Below are positions 24,310 to 37,553 of a DNA stretch of 64,000 bases, in pieces. The notes beneath the pieces are model-generated. The model saw only the letters and a list, made by a program, of their open reading frames with translations. It was not told the origin of the DNA and did not search any database. The stretch is from Azolla caroliniana (lineage: Eukaryota > Plantae > Polypodiophyta). Each line of letters starts with the position of its first letter. Within the stretch, counting starts at the first letter, position 1. The DNA is taken from NCBI GenBank assembly GCA_043228905.1, contig JBHGNT010000012.1:9548001-9612000 (forward strand). Reading direction: 5' to 3'. The position numbers were made by a program, and so were the translations under genes.

Positions 24310-25156
24310 CCTAAAATGAGTCTATATTAACTTGTAAAATACTTCAAATCCCAATGGATTTGAGATAGGAAGTTGGTTGCAAATACCAAGAACCATAACA
24401 ATTTAATTTGAGCAAAAACCTAAGAGTAGCCATCCCCAACAAAGGTTCCTTTCAAATCTTCGTCCCAACCAAGGTTGTTTTCAATTGAAAAGCATTTGAT
24501 GGTTGTACTTTAGTTGTTAGAAGTCCACATTATAGTCATGGAGACCTAAGCTCGACAAACAATGAGCTTGGCATTATACATTGTTGTTGGAGGACTTTGA
24601 CCCATATTACGTATCGAATGTGTACATGGATTTGTGTTTGCAAATGCAAACAACCATAATAATTAATTTGAGCAAAAAAATCGACTCAATGGTTAAAATT
24701 CGAGGTCGTCACAGTCGAGAATTGCGCATGAATCCCATTCAAGGCCCCGAAATTCATTGTACATTCACGTGCGAAAATTGTTATATTTTGAATTCGGTAG
24801 GGTCTGAAGTTGGCATATCCTTAGTTATCATTTTCCCAATTGCAAAATGTTGTGACGAGTGCAATCATGGCGCATATTTCATATAGAATGTGCACATGTA
24901 TTTGTCCATGGCTTTATCGAGACTTACATCATATGTCATATAGATTGTGTACATGAATTTATTCATGCCACATAGGAAGTTAAGTCATAGTGATTAGAAG
25001 TCCCTATTTATGGATGGCTTTATGGAGACTTCCCTCATATGTTATATAGAGTGTAGCTATGAATTTATGCATGCAACATGGGAAGGCACTATTTAGTGGT
25101 TACAACTCCATGTTGCAGTTGTGAAGACTTTGTTCCAATTTGGAAACACAAACTCC

Positions 25157-25228
25157 ATGGATGTAGTTTAGTGGTTAGAATTCCACGTTGTGGCCGTGGA
25201 GACCTTGGCTCGAATACCAACAACCACA
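25157..25228 (+). pseudogene. trnH-GUG: tRNA-His(GUG) pseudogene
   Basis: Intact anticodon arm CCACG-TTGTGGC-CGTGG; T-stem and acceptor stem broken. Confidence 0.82.
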
Positions 25229-25354
25229 CCAAAAGTGATTCTATGTCAACTTGCAAAATGCTTTGAATTCGAAGTTGGTTGCAAAAACCAAGAATGATAA
25301 CAATTTAATTTGAGCAATAAAATACAACCAACTATTCCCAACAAAGGTTCATGT

Positions 25355-26293
25355 AAATGTAAACGTGCGGAAGGCGCTTCTCGTCCGGTCCGGTTCATCT
25401 TCCCGCGACCAGTCCGATACTGCGCGCCTCGACCTCCTCGGTCAGCTTGTCTACTCAACATGCCCATTTTAGCTCCCTCGCTACTGTGACTCCGGCGCTT
25501 GTCGACCCGTCGGTTTCTTCGTGTTGGTGTCGACTTCCACTGCGTCTGCTTGGCCTTTAGTTCATCTGGCTTCTCCAAAACTTGAACCGAAACAGTTTCC
25601 TTCGATTCGTTCTAGCTCTTGTCTTTATTGGTCGCTCCTGATTCGTTTTGGCTCTTGTTTGACTCAGTGTTCTCCATCGTTTTCCGGTTTCAGGCCCTTC
25701 ACCATATCAGACCATGTTCAGGTCTTGGCCTTCTGTTTTTGGTCGTCTCTGTCCTTCTTGACTCTGTCGCCGTTGCCGCTCGTTCTGACTTGTTCGGATG
25801 TGCCAACTTCCTTCGTCGACTCGCCTTCCTTATTCCTCTTGTCTCCCCCTTTGTTGGTTCTTTCTTCCTCTCCAGCTCCTTGTCCGGTGCCATCCATTCC
25901 CTTTCCTTTTCTCCCCCTCATGTGCGGCACGTTGAGATGCTGAACACCAAGCATTTCGATGAGGTCCTACTTGTCCAATTCGAGCGGTTTGGTGATGTCC
26001 GGTGCCATCCATTCCCTTTCCTTTTCTCCCCCTCAAGTGCGGCACGTTGAGATGCTGAACACCAAGCATTTCGGTGAAGTCGTACTTGTCCAATTCGAGC
26101 GGTTTGGTGATGTCCGGTGCCATCCATTCCCTTTCCTTTTCTCCCCCTCAAGTGCGGCACGTTGAGATGCTGAACACCAAGCATTTCGGTGAAGTCCTAC
26201 TTGTCCAATTCGAGCGGTTTGGTGAAGATATCAGCAACTTGCCAATCCGTCTAAAACTAAACCCGCTAATGCACAAAGTGATAGTGGACTTCT
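25355..26293. mobile_element. GC-richer TE-like fragment between the His and Leu arrays
   Basis: Abrupt composition change; low-complexity charged ORFs on the minus strand; no diagnostic domain. Confidence 0.45.
25881..26225. repeat. 115-bp tandem repeat, 3 copies
   Basis: TGTCCGGTGCCATCC starts at 25881, 25996 and 26111; copies near-identical. Confidence 0.95.
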
Positions 26294-28250
26294 ATGTTTG
26301 GTAATGCTAGATTATTTTAATTTGGTAACAACAACTGTGGCATTTGAACCCACGCCCTTTCGGATTGGAGCCTAAATCCAACGCCTTAGACCACTTGGCC
26401 AAATTGTCATTGTGTTGATGACATCAAAACATGTGCACACTTGATAAAGTTGCAAAAGACTGTTACAAAAGAGAGAGAGATTTGAAGTGGTGTTAATTAC
26501 AGTCAATGGGCAACAATATTCAGCACATCAACGTGCAATGCAAGTATTAGGTCAAAGAAAGGACACGTTTACAATTTTTTATAGCCCTTTTTTGTACAAG
26601 AATAACATATTTGTTATTTCATGAAACTTTTGGTAATGCTAATTTTTTTTCAATTCTCTAATGATAACTATGGGATTTGAACCCACGCCCTCTCAGATTG
26701 CGGCCAAATTGTCATTGTGTCGATGACATCAAAACAAGTACACACTTGATAAAGTTTCAAAAGAGTGTAAAAAAGAGTGATATATTAAGTGGTGCCAATT
26801 TCGGTGTCTAGGCAACAATGTTAAGCACATCAATGTGCAATGCAAGCACTAGGTCGAAGATAGGACACAATTAAAAAAATTTATGGCTCTCTTTTGAACA
26901 AGAATACCGTAGTAGTTATTTGATGACATGTTTGGTAATGCCAGATTATTTTAATTCGCTCATGACAACTGTGGCATTTGAACCCAACGCCCTTTCGGAT
27001 TGGAGCCTAAATCCAACGCCTTAGACCACTCGGCCAAATTGTCATTGTGTTGATGACATCAAAACATGTGCACACTTGATAAAGTTGCAAAAGACTGTTA
27101 CAAAAGAGAGAGAGATTTGAAGTGGTGTTAATTTCAGTCAATGGGCAACAATATTCAGCACATCAACGTGCAATGCAAGTATTTGGTCGAAGAAAGGACA
27201 CCTTTACAATTTTCTATCGCCCTCTTTTGTAGAATAATAATATATTTACTATTTCATGAAACGTTTGGTAATGCTAAATTTTTTCAATTCTCTAATGACA
27301 ACTGTGGGATTTGAACCCACGCCCTCTCAGATTGCGGCCAAATTGTCATTGTGTCGATGACATCAAAACAAGTACACACTTGATAAAGTTTCAAAAGAGT
27401 GGAAAAAAGAGTGATATATTAAGTGGTGCCAATTTCGGTGTCTAGGCAACAATGTTAAGCACATCAATGTGCAATGCAAGCACTAGGTCGAAAAAAGGAC
27501 ACAATTAAAAAATTTTATGGCCCTCTTTTGTACAAGGATAAAATAGTAGTTATTTCATTAAATGTTTGGTAATGCTACATTATTTCAATTCTCTAATGAC
27601 AACCGTGGAATTAGATACCAGGCCCTTACGGATTGGAGTCTAAATCCAACGCGTTAAACCACTCAGCCAAATTGTCGATGGGTTGATGATATCAAAGGAA
27701 GTGTACACTTAAATCAAGTGGTCAAAGAGTATTAAAAAAGAGAGTGATATTTTTAGTGGTGTCAATTTAGGTCACTGTGCAAAATTGTTAAGCATATCAA
27801 TGTGCACTGCAAGCACTAGATCTAAGAAGGAATATGTTTAAATTTTTGTGGCGCCCTATTTTGGACAAGAATAACGTAGTAGTTATGTCACGAATTTTTT
27901 TGTAATGCTAGATTATTTTAATTCACTAATGACAGTTGTGGGATTTGCACACACGTCCTTTCGAATTGGAGCCTAAATCGAACGCCTTAGACCACTCAGG
28001 TTAATTATCGATGTGTTGATGGCATCAAAAGAAGTACACAATTTATAAAATTGCAAAATAGTGTTAAAAAAGAGAGTTCTATAATAAGTGGTGTCAATTT
28101 AGGTCAACGGGCAACAATGTTCAGCACATCAATGTACAACGCAAGTATTAGATCGAAGAAAGGGCACACTTGGAATTTTTTATGGCCCTCTTTTATACAA
28201 GATTAACATAGTTGTTTTTTCATGAAAAGTTTGGCAATGCTAAATTTTTT
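26294..28250 (-). repeat. Diverged tRNA-Leu satellite block; copies at 26329-26408, 26662-26713 (28-bp deletion), 26963-27043, 27296-27347 (28-bp deletion), 27597-27676, 27930-28009
   Basis: Same unit as the core; local ~634-bp duplication; the last units match the types at 5147 and 5479. Confidence 0.9.
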
Positions 28251-28347
28251 TATTTTTTATTTCAAAAGAAAGTATACTTCCATTAGTATTTAGAAAAGTC
28301 ATAACAACATACAAAAATTTCCCCAAAACATCTTTAGAAGATGCTGG

Positions 28348-29799
28348 TTGAAAAAACAAAATGAGCCGGTCGCATATGGCGCAAACAGTGCCGCCACAGT
28401 GCGACTTGCTTCCACAACGAGCAGGAGGTCGACGACGGATCACACACAGGTTCCATCTGTGGCTGGGCCGTACATGCGTACAGGGGAGTCCAGTGTACCC
28501 CCCCAAATTTCGCCTCATCTTTGTGATGAGCAAGTCCACCTAATGCTGTCGGAGGAGGATAAAATTATAGTCATGGGAGAGGTTCAACATTTAGAGGTGT
28601 TTTCTTTGGTTGTGCGGGTACAGGGTGCGAGATTGAATAGATTGGAGCTTTGACATACTTTGTACGCTGCCTTTTCGGAGGAAACGAATAACATTGTCGA
28701 CATCCAATTCATGTCTCGAGGATGCTACCATGTGGTGTTTGCCGATGAGGAATCCGTCACAAAGTTATTGGCAATCAAGGAGGCTGGAGTGGAAGGTGCG
28801 TGGTTGTCTTTTTATAAATGGTCGCATAATATTAATGTAGATGACATATTGCAAGATCAAGAGTCTATTATGCTTTTTACGGCAATATTTCTTTGATTGA
28901 GAAAGGAATGGAGGAATGTTCTACCTAGTATTGGGGCGTTGTTTGGTAAGGTGATTGCTACGCGTTACGGACATGATTATGGAATAGATAGAGCGGGTGG
29001 GGTCCCTGCAATTAGGATAATTGCACCAAGATCTAAACGTTTGCCGACAACTATTTCTTTACCTAATCTACTTATAAATAAACCACCGGTTATACAAAAG
29101 GTATATTATCAAGGTTTGCCCGATCAATGTTTTGTGTGTAGACAGTTTGGGCATTAAGGTCGAGATTGTCAAAAGAGACGCTCGAATGTCAATATTGATG
29201 CTCATCCAACTACTCGACAACATGTTAGTAAAGATGGCTGGTCTACAGTGTCTAATAAACATATTTTTAAACCGACTAATAAGATAATTAATCCACTGTT
29301 ACTACTAGAGGCTAATCCTTATCAATCTTTACAAACACTTGAAAAGGAAGCAGGGAGTAGTAAAGTCGATGGTGGTTTGTCCATTCCAGTTGGCACAATG
29401 GAGCATCAGCTGGATCATAATATAAATAAGGTGCAAATGGTAGAATCTTTTTCTAGGATTAATAATCAATCAAGTAAGGACAAGCAGTTAGTTTTGCATA
29501 AAGTACCACAAGATAATAGGTCCATAGTATTGAATGAGCTTACAACAAAGGAAGTGGTCAAGGTAGACACATCACATACGGATATGGATTGTGGCAATAT
29601 AGCGGCGTTTACAGCTGCTAAGTTCTCCAACAAAGTCTCTATAACAGATAAACATTTGCCAGTGCGTGCCCATAAATTGTCCGGAAAAGACATGTGGTCA
29701 AATAGGAGACAATTAAGGGCCACAGAGGATGGAAGGAAAGGTAGAGAAGGTGCACTAGCCGAAAAAAGAGTAGGAGGACAAAACATGAATGATGGATAG
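28348..29799 (+). pseudogene. LINE ORF1 with zinc knuckle, interrupted by stops
   Basis: In-frame segments 28348-28653, 28660-28896, 28897-29157, 29248-29799; YQGLPDQCFVCRQFGH*GRDC. Confidence 0.8.
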
Positions 29800-32700
29800 G
29801 TTAAATCTTATTTCATGGAATGTACGGGGCTTAGGAGGTAGCCATTGTTGTAAGGTAAGGAGTGTTTTCCGTCGTCAGCTAAGAAAATCTTTGATTGGTA
29901 GGATTGATGTTTTGCTTATTCAAGAGCATCATTTAAGTGAACAAAGAATTCAAAATATGGAAATTTGTTACCAGGCCAGTGGAAACAATTCTGGGTGCCT
30001 GCGATTGGGGATAATAGTTTGAAAGCAGGTCTTTGTATAGCAATAAGCGATATTTGGTGGTCCGCTTTCATGCATTATGGAGTTTTGGATTGTGGTAGAG
30101 GACAGTATATAATTCTTCAAATCGGTTCAAAGAAGTGGGGTTTGTTGAATATTTATGCACCGAATCATGCAAGAGATAGAACGGCATTATGCAAGAGCAT
30201 AATGCCACAATTACTAGTTGTTGAACATTGGGCAATTGCGGGTGATTTTAATATGTTGGAGGATGCGTGTGATAGGTTAGGAGGCATATTTCAACCATTA
30301 TTTGGTTCAGAATTATATGAATGGGAACGGTTGTTCTTTTCTTTAGGTTTAATGGACTTGTGGCATGTGTCTTCCTTTGAACGCATGCAAGATTCATTAG
30401 CTTATTCACGTTCGGATAGAAAACAATCAAATACCAATTTGTCTAGGTTAAATAGAGTTTACGCGGATAAATTTTTGTGGGACAAAGGAGGCTCACTTGG
30501 AATTTTACCTTCATTTTCCTTTTCTGATCATGCACCACTTCGGTTAATTATAGTCTTGCAGGAGCAACATAGAAATTCTAGGTTTAAAATTCCGAATCAT
30601 GTGTTTCTTAGACAAGATTGTGCTCCTAGTGTGCATAATATTTGGAACAAATACGACTATTCATATGATTATGTATTATCTAGTGTTCAAAACGCTATTA
30701 GCGAAACACAACAATTTTTCCACTGTAAAGCTAAACAAATATTTTATGAGTCTTGTACTAAAATAGGAAGACTTCGTAGGGGGTTGAAATCTTTGCAACA
30801 TCTACAAGAGAGAAGACCATATTCGAGGTATATAAATTCTCGGGTGATACAAGTAGGGAACCAGATATTGGAATTACAAAAGATCTCTGCGGATTTTCAT
30901 TATCATAATATATCGTCTTCATGGGCAGAATCGGGAGATAAAGTAAATAAAATTTTTTTTGCAGCGCATAATCATTATAAGACATGTGTTAGGATTTCGC
31001 GGTTAAAATGTCAGGACGGCTCTTATACCACGGATTCTAGTCAGATGAGGCAAATAGCCTCAGATTATTATGAGACTTTGTTGAAAGCTAGGTCATTTTC
31101 TGAGGATGATTTGATTAAAAGGGACATCATATGGTCAAAGATTCATAAGAGGGTATCTGTAAAATTGATAGATTGTCTTTTACAACCGTTAACTTCTCAA
31201 GAGGTTTTTAAGGCTGCTAAAGCCCTTGCTAAAGATGTTTGTCCTGGCTTGGATGGGTTGGGAGTCCAGTGGTATATCCAATATTGGAATTTGATAGGTG
31301 ACAGATTGACCAAAGCCTACCAAAAGATATTAGTTTCGGGAAATATGCCACAAGAATGGAAGGAGGGTTTAATTTATATTATACCTAAATCAAGTGGACA
31401 ATTAGAAGAACTTCACCATTGGAGACCAATTACCTTGTTGAATGTTATTTATAAAATATTAGCAAAAACATTAGCTAGAAGGCTACAGCCTTATCTGTCG
31501 GAGCTGATTCATGATTCTCAGACTAGTTTCATACAAGAGAGAAGTATTTTTGATAATATTATTCTCTTTTGGGAAATGGTTGCCTTTGCGGAATTGCGTA
31601 AGCAAGACTTAGCAGTATTATTTCTTGATTTTGAAAAGGCTTATGACAGAGTGGACTAGGATTTTATGGAGGGAACATTGGTTAGGATGGGTTTCCCAAA
31701 CACATGGATAAGAGGAGTATCAGCATTATATCGTGATGCGTATAGCTCTCTTTTATTTGCAGGTGATGTTGGTAGGAGATTCCCGATCTCAAGATCAGTG
31801 AGACAAGGATGTCCACTTGCTCCTTTCCTTTTTTTATTAGTATCTGAAGCATTTTCCGTGCATCTTAATTCTGAAGATGTAAATATCAAAGGGTTAGCAT
31901 TACCACTGTCGTATGCTGCTGTGGATAGTGAGTTTGCTAATGACACAGCTTTATATGTTCAGGCTTCACGATTAAATTTAGCACAAGTGCAAAAGGCTGT
32001 GGATGATTTTTCAGATGCATCGGGTGCATTGATAAATTGGAATAAGTCATCAGGCTTTTGGGTTGCTCTGGGAGAGCCGCCAGTTAATGTGCCTTCCTTG
32101 GGATTCACATGGATACCTAAAGGTCAGTCCATTAGATATTTAGGCTGTAGAGTGGGCTTGGAATTAAAGGCAGATGATATGGTTGCACCCTTGCTATTAA
32201 GATTAAGGAATAAGTTAATTTACTGGAATAAGGAAAAGTTATCTTTAGCAGGTCGGATAGTTGTAGCTAATTCGGTCCTTTTGTCCTCGATTTGGTATAT
32301 AGCATCTACATGGCTATTTTCGAGGACAATAATGCTTAAAGTTCAACACCTAATACGGAATTTTATTTGGGGGAACAACGCATCTAATAATTCGGTAGCA
32401 AAGGTAGCTTGGACGGTTCTTATACAATCTAAACGGAAAGGAGGTTTAGGTTTGATTGATCCTTTTATGCAAAGTAAAGCTTTACTTTCTAAACATGTTG
32501 TTAGGAGTTTATTGCCAGGAGAGGAGTTATGGAAAAAGCTATGGATCCAGCATTTACATAACGTTAAGCCATCAACAGGCGGTCAATGGAAAGATAATCT
32601 TAGATGGTTTTTTAATGCAAATTTTCCATTGCCAAAGTCTAATGTTGGATCCTTACGTTTTTTTAATGGAATATTTCGAGCATGGGAAAGTGTTCGCCAA

Positions 32701-34157
32701 GCACTCGTTTTCTTGCCTCCAAAAACTTATACTCAATTCATGCGTCAACCTTTGATATGGAACCCTTGATTTAGGGATGAAGCCGCATGTATGTTGGGTC
32801 TAAGGCCTAGGTTATCTTAGGCTGCAATGGATAATGGTCCAACCCGTACAGTTGCGGATTGGATAAACTTCTTGCAGACATCGACTCAAGAACGAAAGAA
32901 TAGGTTGTATATAGAGTAAGAGGGGCAAATATAATGGTAGATCAATTGTCCATGGTGTATCAGGTCATAGTAACAAATTTGCAACTTGATCAGTTTCAAA
33001 GGTGGTACGGTATGTTTTCGACACTTAATATACTTATAGCTGCTCGTTTATACAATCAAAATGGCAGTATGCACTTCTATGAAGTGTTGGATAATGGTAG
33101 GTTGATATTAGTAGACGTCAAGTCTCCAATCATGTCTGCTGCAAAGCAATTACCAGTGCGAGTAAATGCTAGATTGGATAAAAAATTAGTTATTGACCCT
33201 AGTCCCTTTATTGCTAACTATGCATCTCATATTTGGGTTGTACACGCTAGACCACTTGTGGATCTGTAGTGGGATCCTGCGGATTATGGTTGGAAATTGT
33301 CCATGCCTAATAGTTCCACTAAGGTCCTACCATTCTTCACATATTCGGTGGTGTTCAGGAGAAACTTTATGTTGAGTCAGACTAAGTCAATACCTGCGGG
33401 AAAAAAGTATTGGGATGAAGGGAATGTATCATCTTCTTAGATGATGATGTTTTGGAAACACTTTTGGTCAATTAAATGTATGAACAAGATATTACACTTT
33501 CGTTGGTTGATGATTCATTATGCGTTGCCAGTAAGTGATTTGATGAGGGGATCTGTAATTGATCGGACATGCATTATGTGTGGTTATGCAAGTGAGTCAT
33601 TGCATCATGTATTTTGGGAATGTGTTGTCGCAAAAATGTTTTGGTTTAGAATTCTTAGGCTACTAGGTCGTAAGTATAGGTCAGGGATTTTTACGTGGGG
33701 TGCAGTTTTATGGGGAAGGTTAGATCAACAAATGACTTTCTATCATCAACATTATTCTTCTTTGTCATTACGTGTCACAAGTTTGTAGGTAGACTATGCT
33801 TCAACCTCCTTGCAGGGAATCAAGTTTTTCTCCGGAAGTTATGTCTGGCAAATTGTTTCCTCTTTGGCTTTATGGATTCTTTGGAAAGCTAGGTGCTCTA
33901 AGCTATACAATGATGAAAACACTCACATCGTGGATCAAGTTAAGTCCTTTTGGAACTTGTTGGTACATACAGTTAAAGGTGAATATGATAGTTATAAGGG
34001 TTCAGGACATACAACTAATAAGAAAAGAATGAGAATTCGTAAAGTTTGGTCGTCTATACCTATTATGTTGAATGAAGCCGCAGATGTCAAGTGGAACTAT
34101 GTACCGCCTCGATGGTTATTCCCGCCACCGGCACCATCTTTAGTACAAATACCATGA
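29789..34157 (+). pseudogene. LINE ORF2: APE endonuclease, reverse transcriptase and zf-RVT; stops and frameshifts
   Basis: ISWNVRGL, IQEH, IYAPN, GDFN, FSDH; WRPITLLN, LDFEKAYDRV, RQGCPLAP, FANDT; CIMC..HHVFWEC. Confidence 0.95.
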
Positions 34158-35384
34158 TATAATATAGATGACCGTTTATCTTTTTGTCAGGATAATTGAT
34201 GTTGATGAAAATCAAGGACATGGCAAGCCAAAATTTGGTGCCGGTTAGCGATAAGGCAAGATGGTTGTTGTGGATGTAAGAAACAATTTTCTTATGAGCG
34301 ATAAGGAAGAGTGTAGATGGTGTGCGGGTTAATGAAGCATGTTATCATGAGTTGGTGAGGGATTTTTTTTACATTAATTTGTTTGTGGTCTATATGGCAG
34401 GATGCTTGATGGAAGGAAATCAAGGACATGTCAAGACAAAATTTGGTGCCAATTAGCAAGAAGGCGAGATGGTTGTCGTGGATGATGCTTGATGGAATTT
34501 GGTGTCATGGGATGGAGTGAAGAAGAGTTTAGGTTTCATATTAGGGAGTGCAACAAACAGGATAATCTTCTAGTTGTTGTCATGTAGTTATTGTCTTATA
34601 CAGCTTATTAATGACGAGAGGATGAGTGGCGAGGGTGTGGGGGTTGAAGCAAATATATGAGGGGATGAGGAAACTTTATATTTTATATGTGTAGTCATGG
34701 AAGTTTTTATAGTTGGTAAGGATGAATGATGGTGTTGACGGGGGATTGAAGCGCATATTTAGGAGGGGATACACACAATACATTTATGCTATTGTTGTTT
34801 ATACAGGTTTTAGGAGCTGAGCGAATAGATGGGTGACGTAGAAATGAAGCACATTGTTGATGTGCAAAATGAAGAGATTAGGAGGAGTATCACGACAGGT
34901 TCAAAATGGTATAAATTGAGATAGGTGATGTGGTATTGAAGCAATTTTTCTAGTTTTTAGAGATGTGAGAATGGTGGTGGTATGGACTGAAGCAAGGTTT
35001 GATGTGGGGGCATGTTTTAATTTCATGGTGATGATTGATGATGGCGGTAAGAATTGAAGCATGTGTCCCGTTTTGTTGTTGTTTGTTTGACAAGACCTTG
35101 ATGGTAATCGGTTAATAGGTGAGATGTTGGATGGGACTGAATGAAGCAGTTTTTTTTGTGATAAGGATGAGTGAAGACGGTGGGGGGGTTGAAGCCGATT
35201 ATGATGAGTGGGTGAGGAAACTTGTAAACTGTTTTTGTGTTGTTAATACAGGTTTTGCGTGGACATTGGCAAGATGCTAGTCGACGAGTTGGCTGATGTG
35301 GATTGAAGGAAGAATTTTTTATGAGATAAGGATGAGTGAAGATGGTGGTGGGTCGAAGTTGAATAGCATGAGTGGGTGAGGAAA

Positions 35385-36134
35385 TTTTCTAGCGCCCTAT
35401 TTTGTATATGAATAGAATTTCTGTAATGTTTTCTAGCGCCCTATTTTGTACAAGAATAACGTAGTTCTTATTTCATGAAATGTTTGGTAATGCTAGATTA
35501 TATTAATTCGGTAATGACATTTGTGGGATTTGAACGCATGCCCTTTCGGATTGGAGCCTAAATCCAACACCTTAGACCACTCTGCCAAATTGTCAACGTG
35601 TTGATGACATCAAAAGTAGTACACCATTGATAAAATCGCAAAATAGTGTTAAAAAAGAGAATGTCAATTTAGGTCAATGGGCAAGAATGTTCAGCACATC
35701 AACATGCAATGCAAGTATTAGATCGAAGAAAGGACTCGTTTACAATTTTTTATGGGCCTTTTTTGTACCAGAATAACATATTTGTTATTTCATGAAAAGT
35801 TTGGTAATGCGAAATTCGAAATTTTTTCAATTCTCTAATGACAACTGTGGGATTTGAACCCACACCATCGTCGGATTGGAGCATAAATCCAACGCCTTAG
35901 ACCACTCGGCCAAATTGTCATTGTGTCGATGACTTTAAAACAAGTACACACTTGATAAAGTTTCAGAACAATGTTAACAAAGAGAGTGATATTTTAAGTG
36001 GTGTCAATTTCGGTGTCTGGGCAACAATGTGAAGCACATCAATGTGCAATGCAAGCACTAGGTCAAAGAAAGGACACAATTAAAATTTTTTATGGCCCGC
36101 TTTTGTACAAGGATAACATAGTAGTTATTTCATG
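35385..36134 (-). repeat. Diverged tRNA-Leu satellite block; copies at 35515-35594 and 35839-35919
   Basis: Same unit as the core; the spacer start matches 6421-6500. Confidence 0.9.
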
Positions 36135-36630
36135 AGGGTCCGGGAGAATGGTTTTGGGCGAACTCGAGGGTCCGGGAGATTCTATTGTTGCTCGGATGGT
36201 GCTGAGAGGAATGACAACATGGCTTCGTTGGTATGGTTAACTTGTAAAATAATGTTGGACAGGGCCTGAACTCGTTGGTCGATTGGCGATGTGAGCAGAT
36301 GTTCTTGAGTTTGTTGTTGTAGGAATTCAGGATTCATGGAGTTTGTGTTGCTGCTATTGTTGTCGTGTTGCATCGTGGTGTGTGTTGTTGGGGTCGTGAG
36401 TTGGGGCTTCTTTGCTCGTCTTCTCCACCAAGATGTGAAATGCTCTCAAAATAGGTCCCTTTCCATTACGTTCTAAGTTACATCTTCTAGGCTACTCTTA
36501 GCGTGGTGGGTGTTTTCCCGCTCCTATTAGCATCTTCTAATTATGGGGGCTTGTTGAGGACCTGATTTGGGTGTGGTTAGTGTGACCCTGGTTAGGTGGG
36601 GCCTTGGATAGGATATGTGGTAATACCACA
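36135..36630 (-). mobile_element. 5' fragment of an LTR retrotransposon: short LTR (36434-36630), tRNA-Ala-like PBS and gag N-terminus
   Basis: TG..CA ends; minus strand TGGTGGAGA 3 nt after the LTR; the ORF 36182-36373 frame continues to RVRPKPFS. Confidence 0.55.
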
Positions 36631-37553
36631 ATATGTTATATAGAGTGTAGCTATGAATTTATGCATGCAACATCGGAAGTTAGTACTTAGTGGTTACAAC
36701 TCCATGTTACGGTTGTGAAGACTTTGTTCCAATTTGTGTGGCAACAAAAACTCCATGGTTATAGTTTAGTGGTTAGAATTCCACGTTGTGGCCGTGTAGA
36801 CCTGGGCTCGAATCCCAGCAACCAAACCAAAAGTGAGTCTATATCAACTTGTTATATATTTCGAATCCCAATCGATTTGAGATAGGAAGTTGGTTTCAAA
36901 TACCAAGAGCCATAACAATTAAATTTGAGCAAAAAACTACAACCAACCATCCCCAACAAAGGTTCCTTTCAATTGTCGTCCCAACCAAGATTGTTTTCAA
37001 TTGAAAAGCAATGGATGGTTGTACTTTAGTGGTTAGAAGTCCACGTTATGGTCATGGAGACCTAAGCTCAACAAACAATGAGCTTAGCATTATACATTGT
37101 TGTGGGAGGGCCTTGACCCATATTACGTATCGAATGTGTACATGGATTTGTGTTTGCAAATGCAAACAGCCATAATAATTAATTTGAGCAAAACAACCGA
37201 CTTAGATGTTAAAATTCAAGGTTGTCGCAGTCGAGACTTGCGCATGAATCCCATTCAAGACCCCGAAATTCAATGTACATTCACGTGCGAAAACTGTTAG
37301 ATTTTGAATTCGGCAGGGTATGAAGTTGGAATATCATTAGTTTTCATTTTCCACATTGCACAATAATTTCCCAAGTGCAATCTTGGCTCATATTTCATAT
37401 AGAATGTGCACATCATTTTTTGTCCTTGGGTTTATCGAGACTTGCATCATATGTCATGTAGATTGTGTACATGAATTTATTCACGCCACATAAGAAGTCA
37501 AGTCTTAGTGATTAGAAGTCCATATTTATGGATAACTTTATGAAGACTTGCCG
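36631..37553 (+). repeat. One ~920-bp unit of the tRNA-His satellite
   Basis: Colinear with ~24115-25035. Confidence 0.88.
36755..36826 (+). pseudogene. trnH-GUG: tRNA-His(GUG) pseudogene
   Basis: T arm CTGGG-CTCGAAT-CCCAG intact; acceptor and anticodon stems carry mismatches. Confidence 0.8.

Larger units (their letters stand above)
23438..25350 (+). repeat. tRNA-His(GUG)-derived satellite, ~919-bp unit, ~2 copies
   Basis: 23581 repeats at 24499 and 24238 at 25157; each unit carries several decayed tRNA-His-like segments. Confidence 0.88.
28251..35384 (+). mobile_element. Degenerate near-full-length L1/Tx1-like LINE with a long repetitive 3' region
   Basis: ORF1 followed by ORF2 (endonuclease, RT, zinc finger); boundaries set by loss of satellite homology; no poly(A) tail or TSD seen. 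Confidence 0.9.

Noticed and set aside
24581-24886. 101-aa ORF, with a homolog at 37097-37300
   Set aside because: Part of the tRNA-His satellite; the frame is broken in the copy at ~23660
25619-26304. Overlapping ORFs with repeated peptides
   Set aside because: Produced by the 115-bp triplication; no domain recognised
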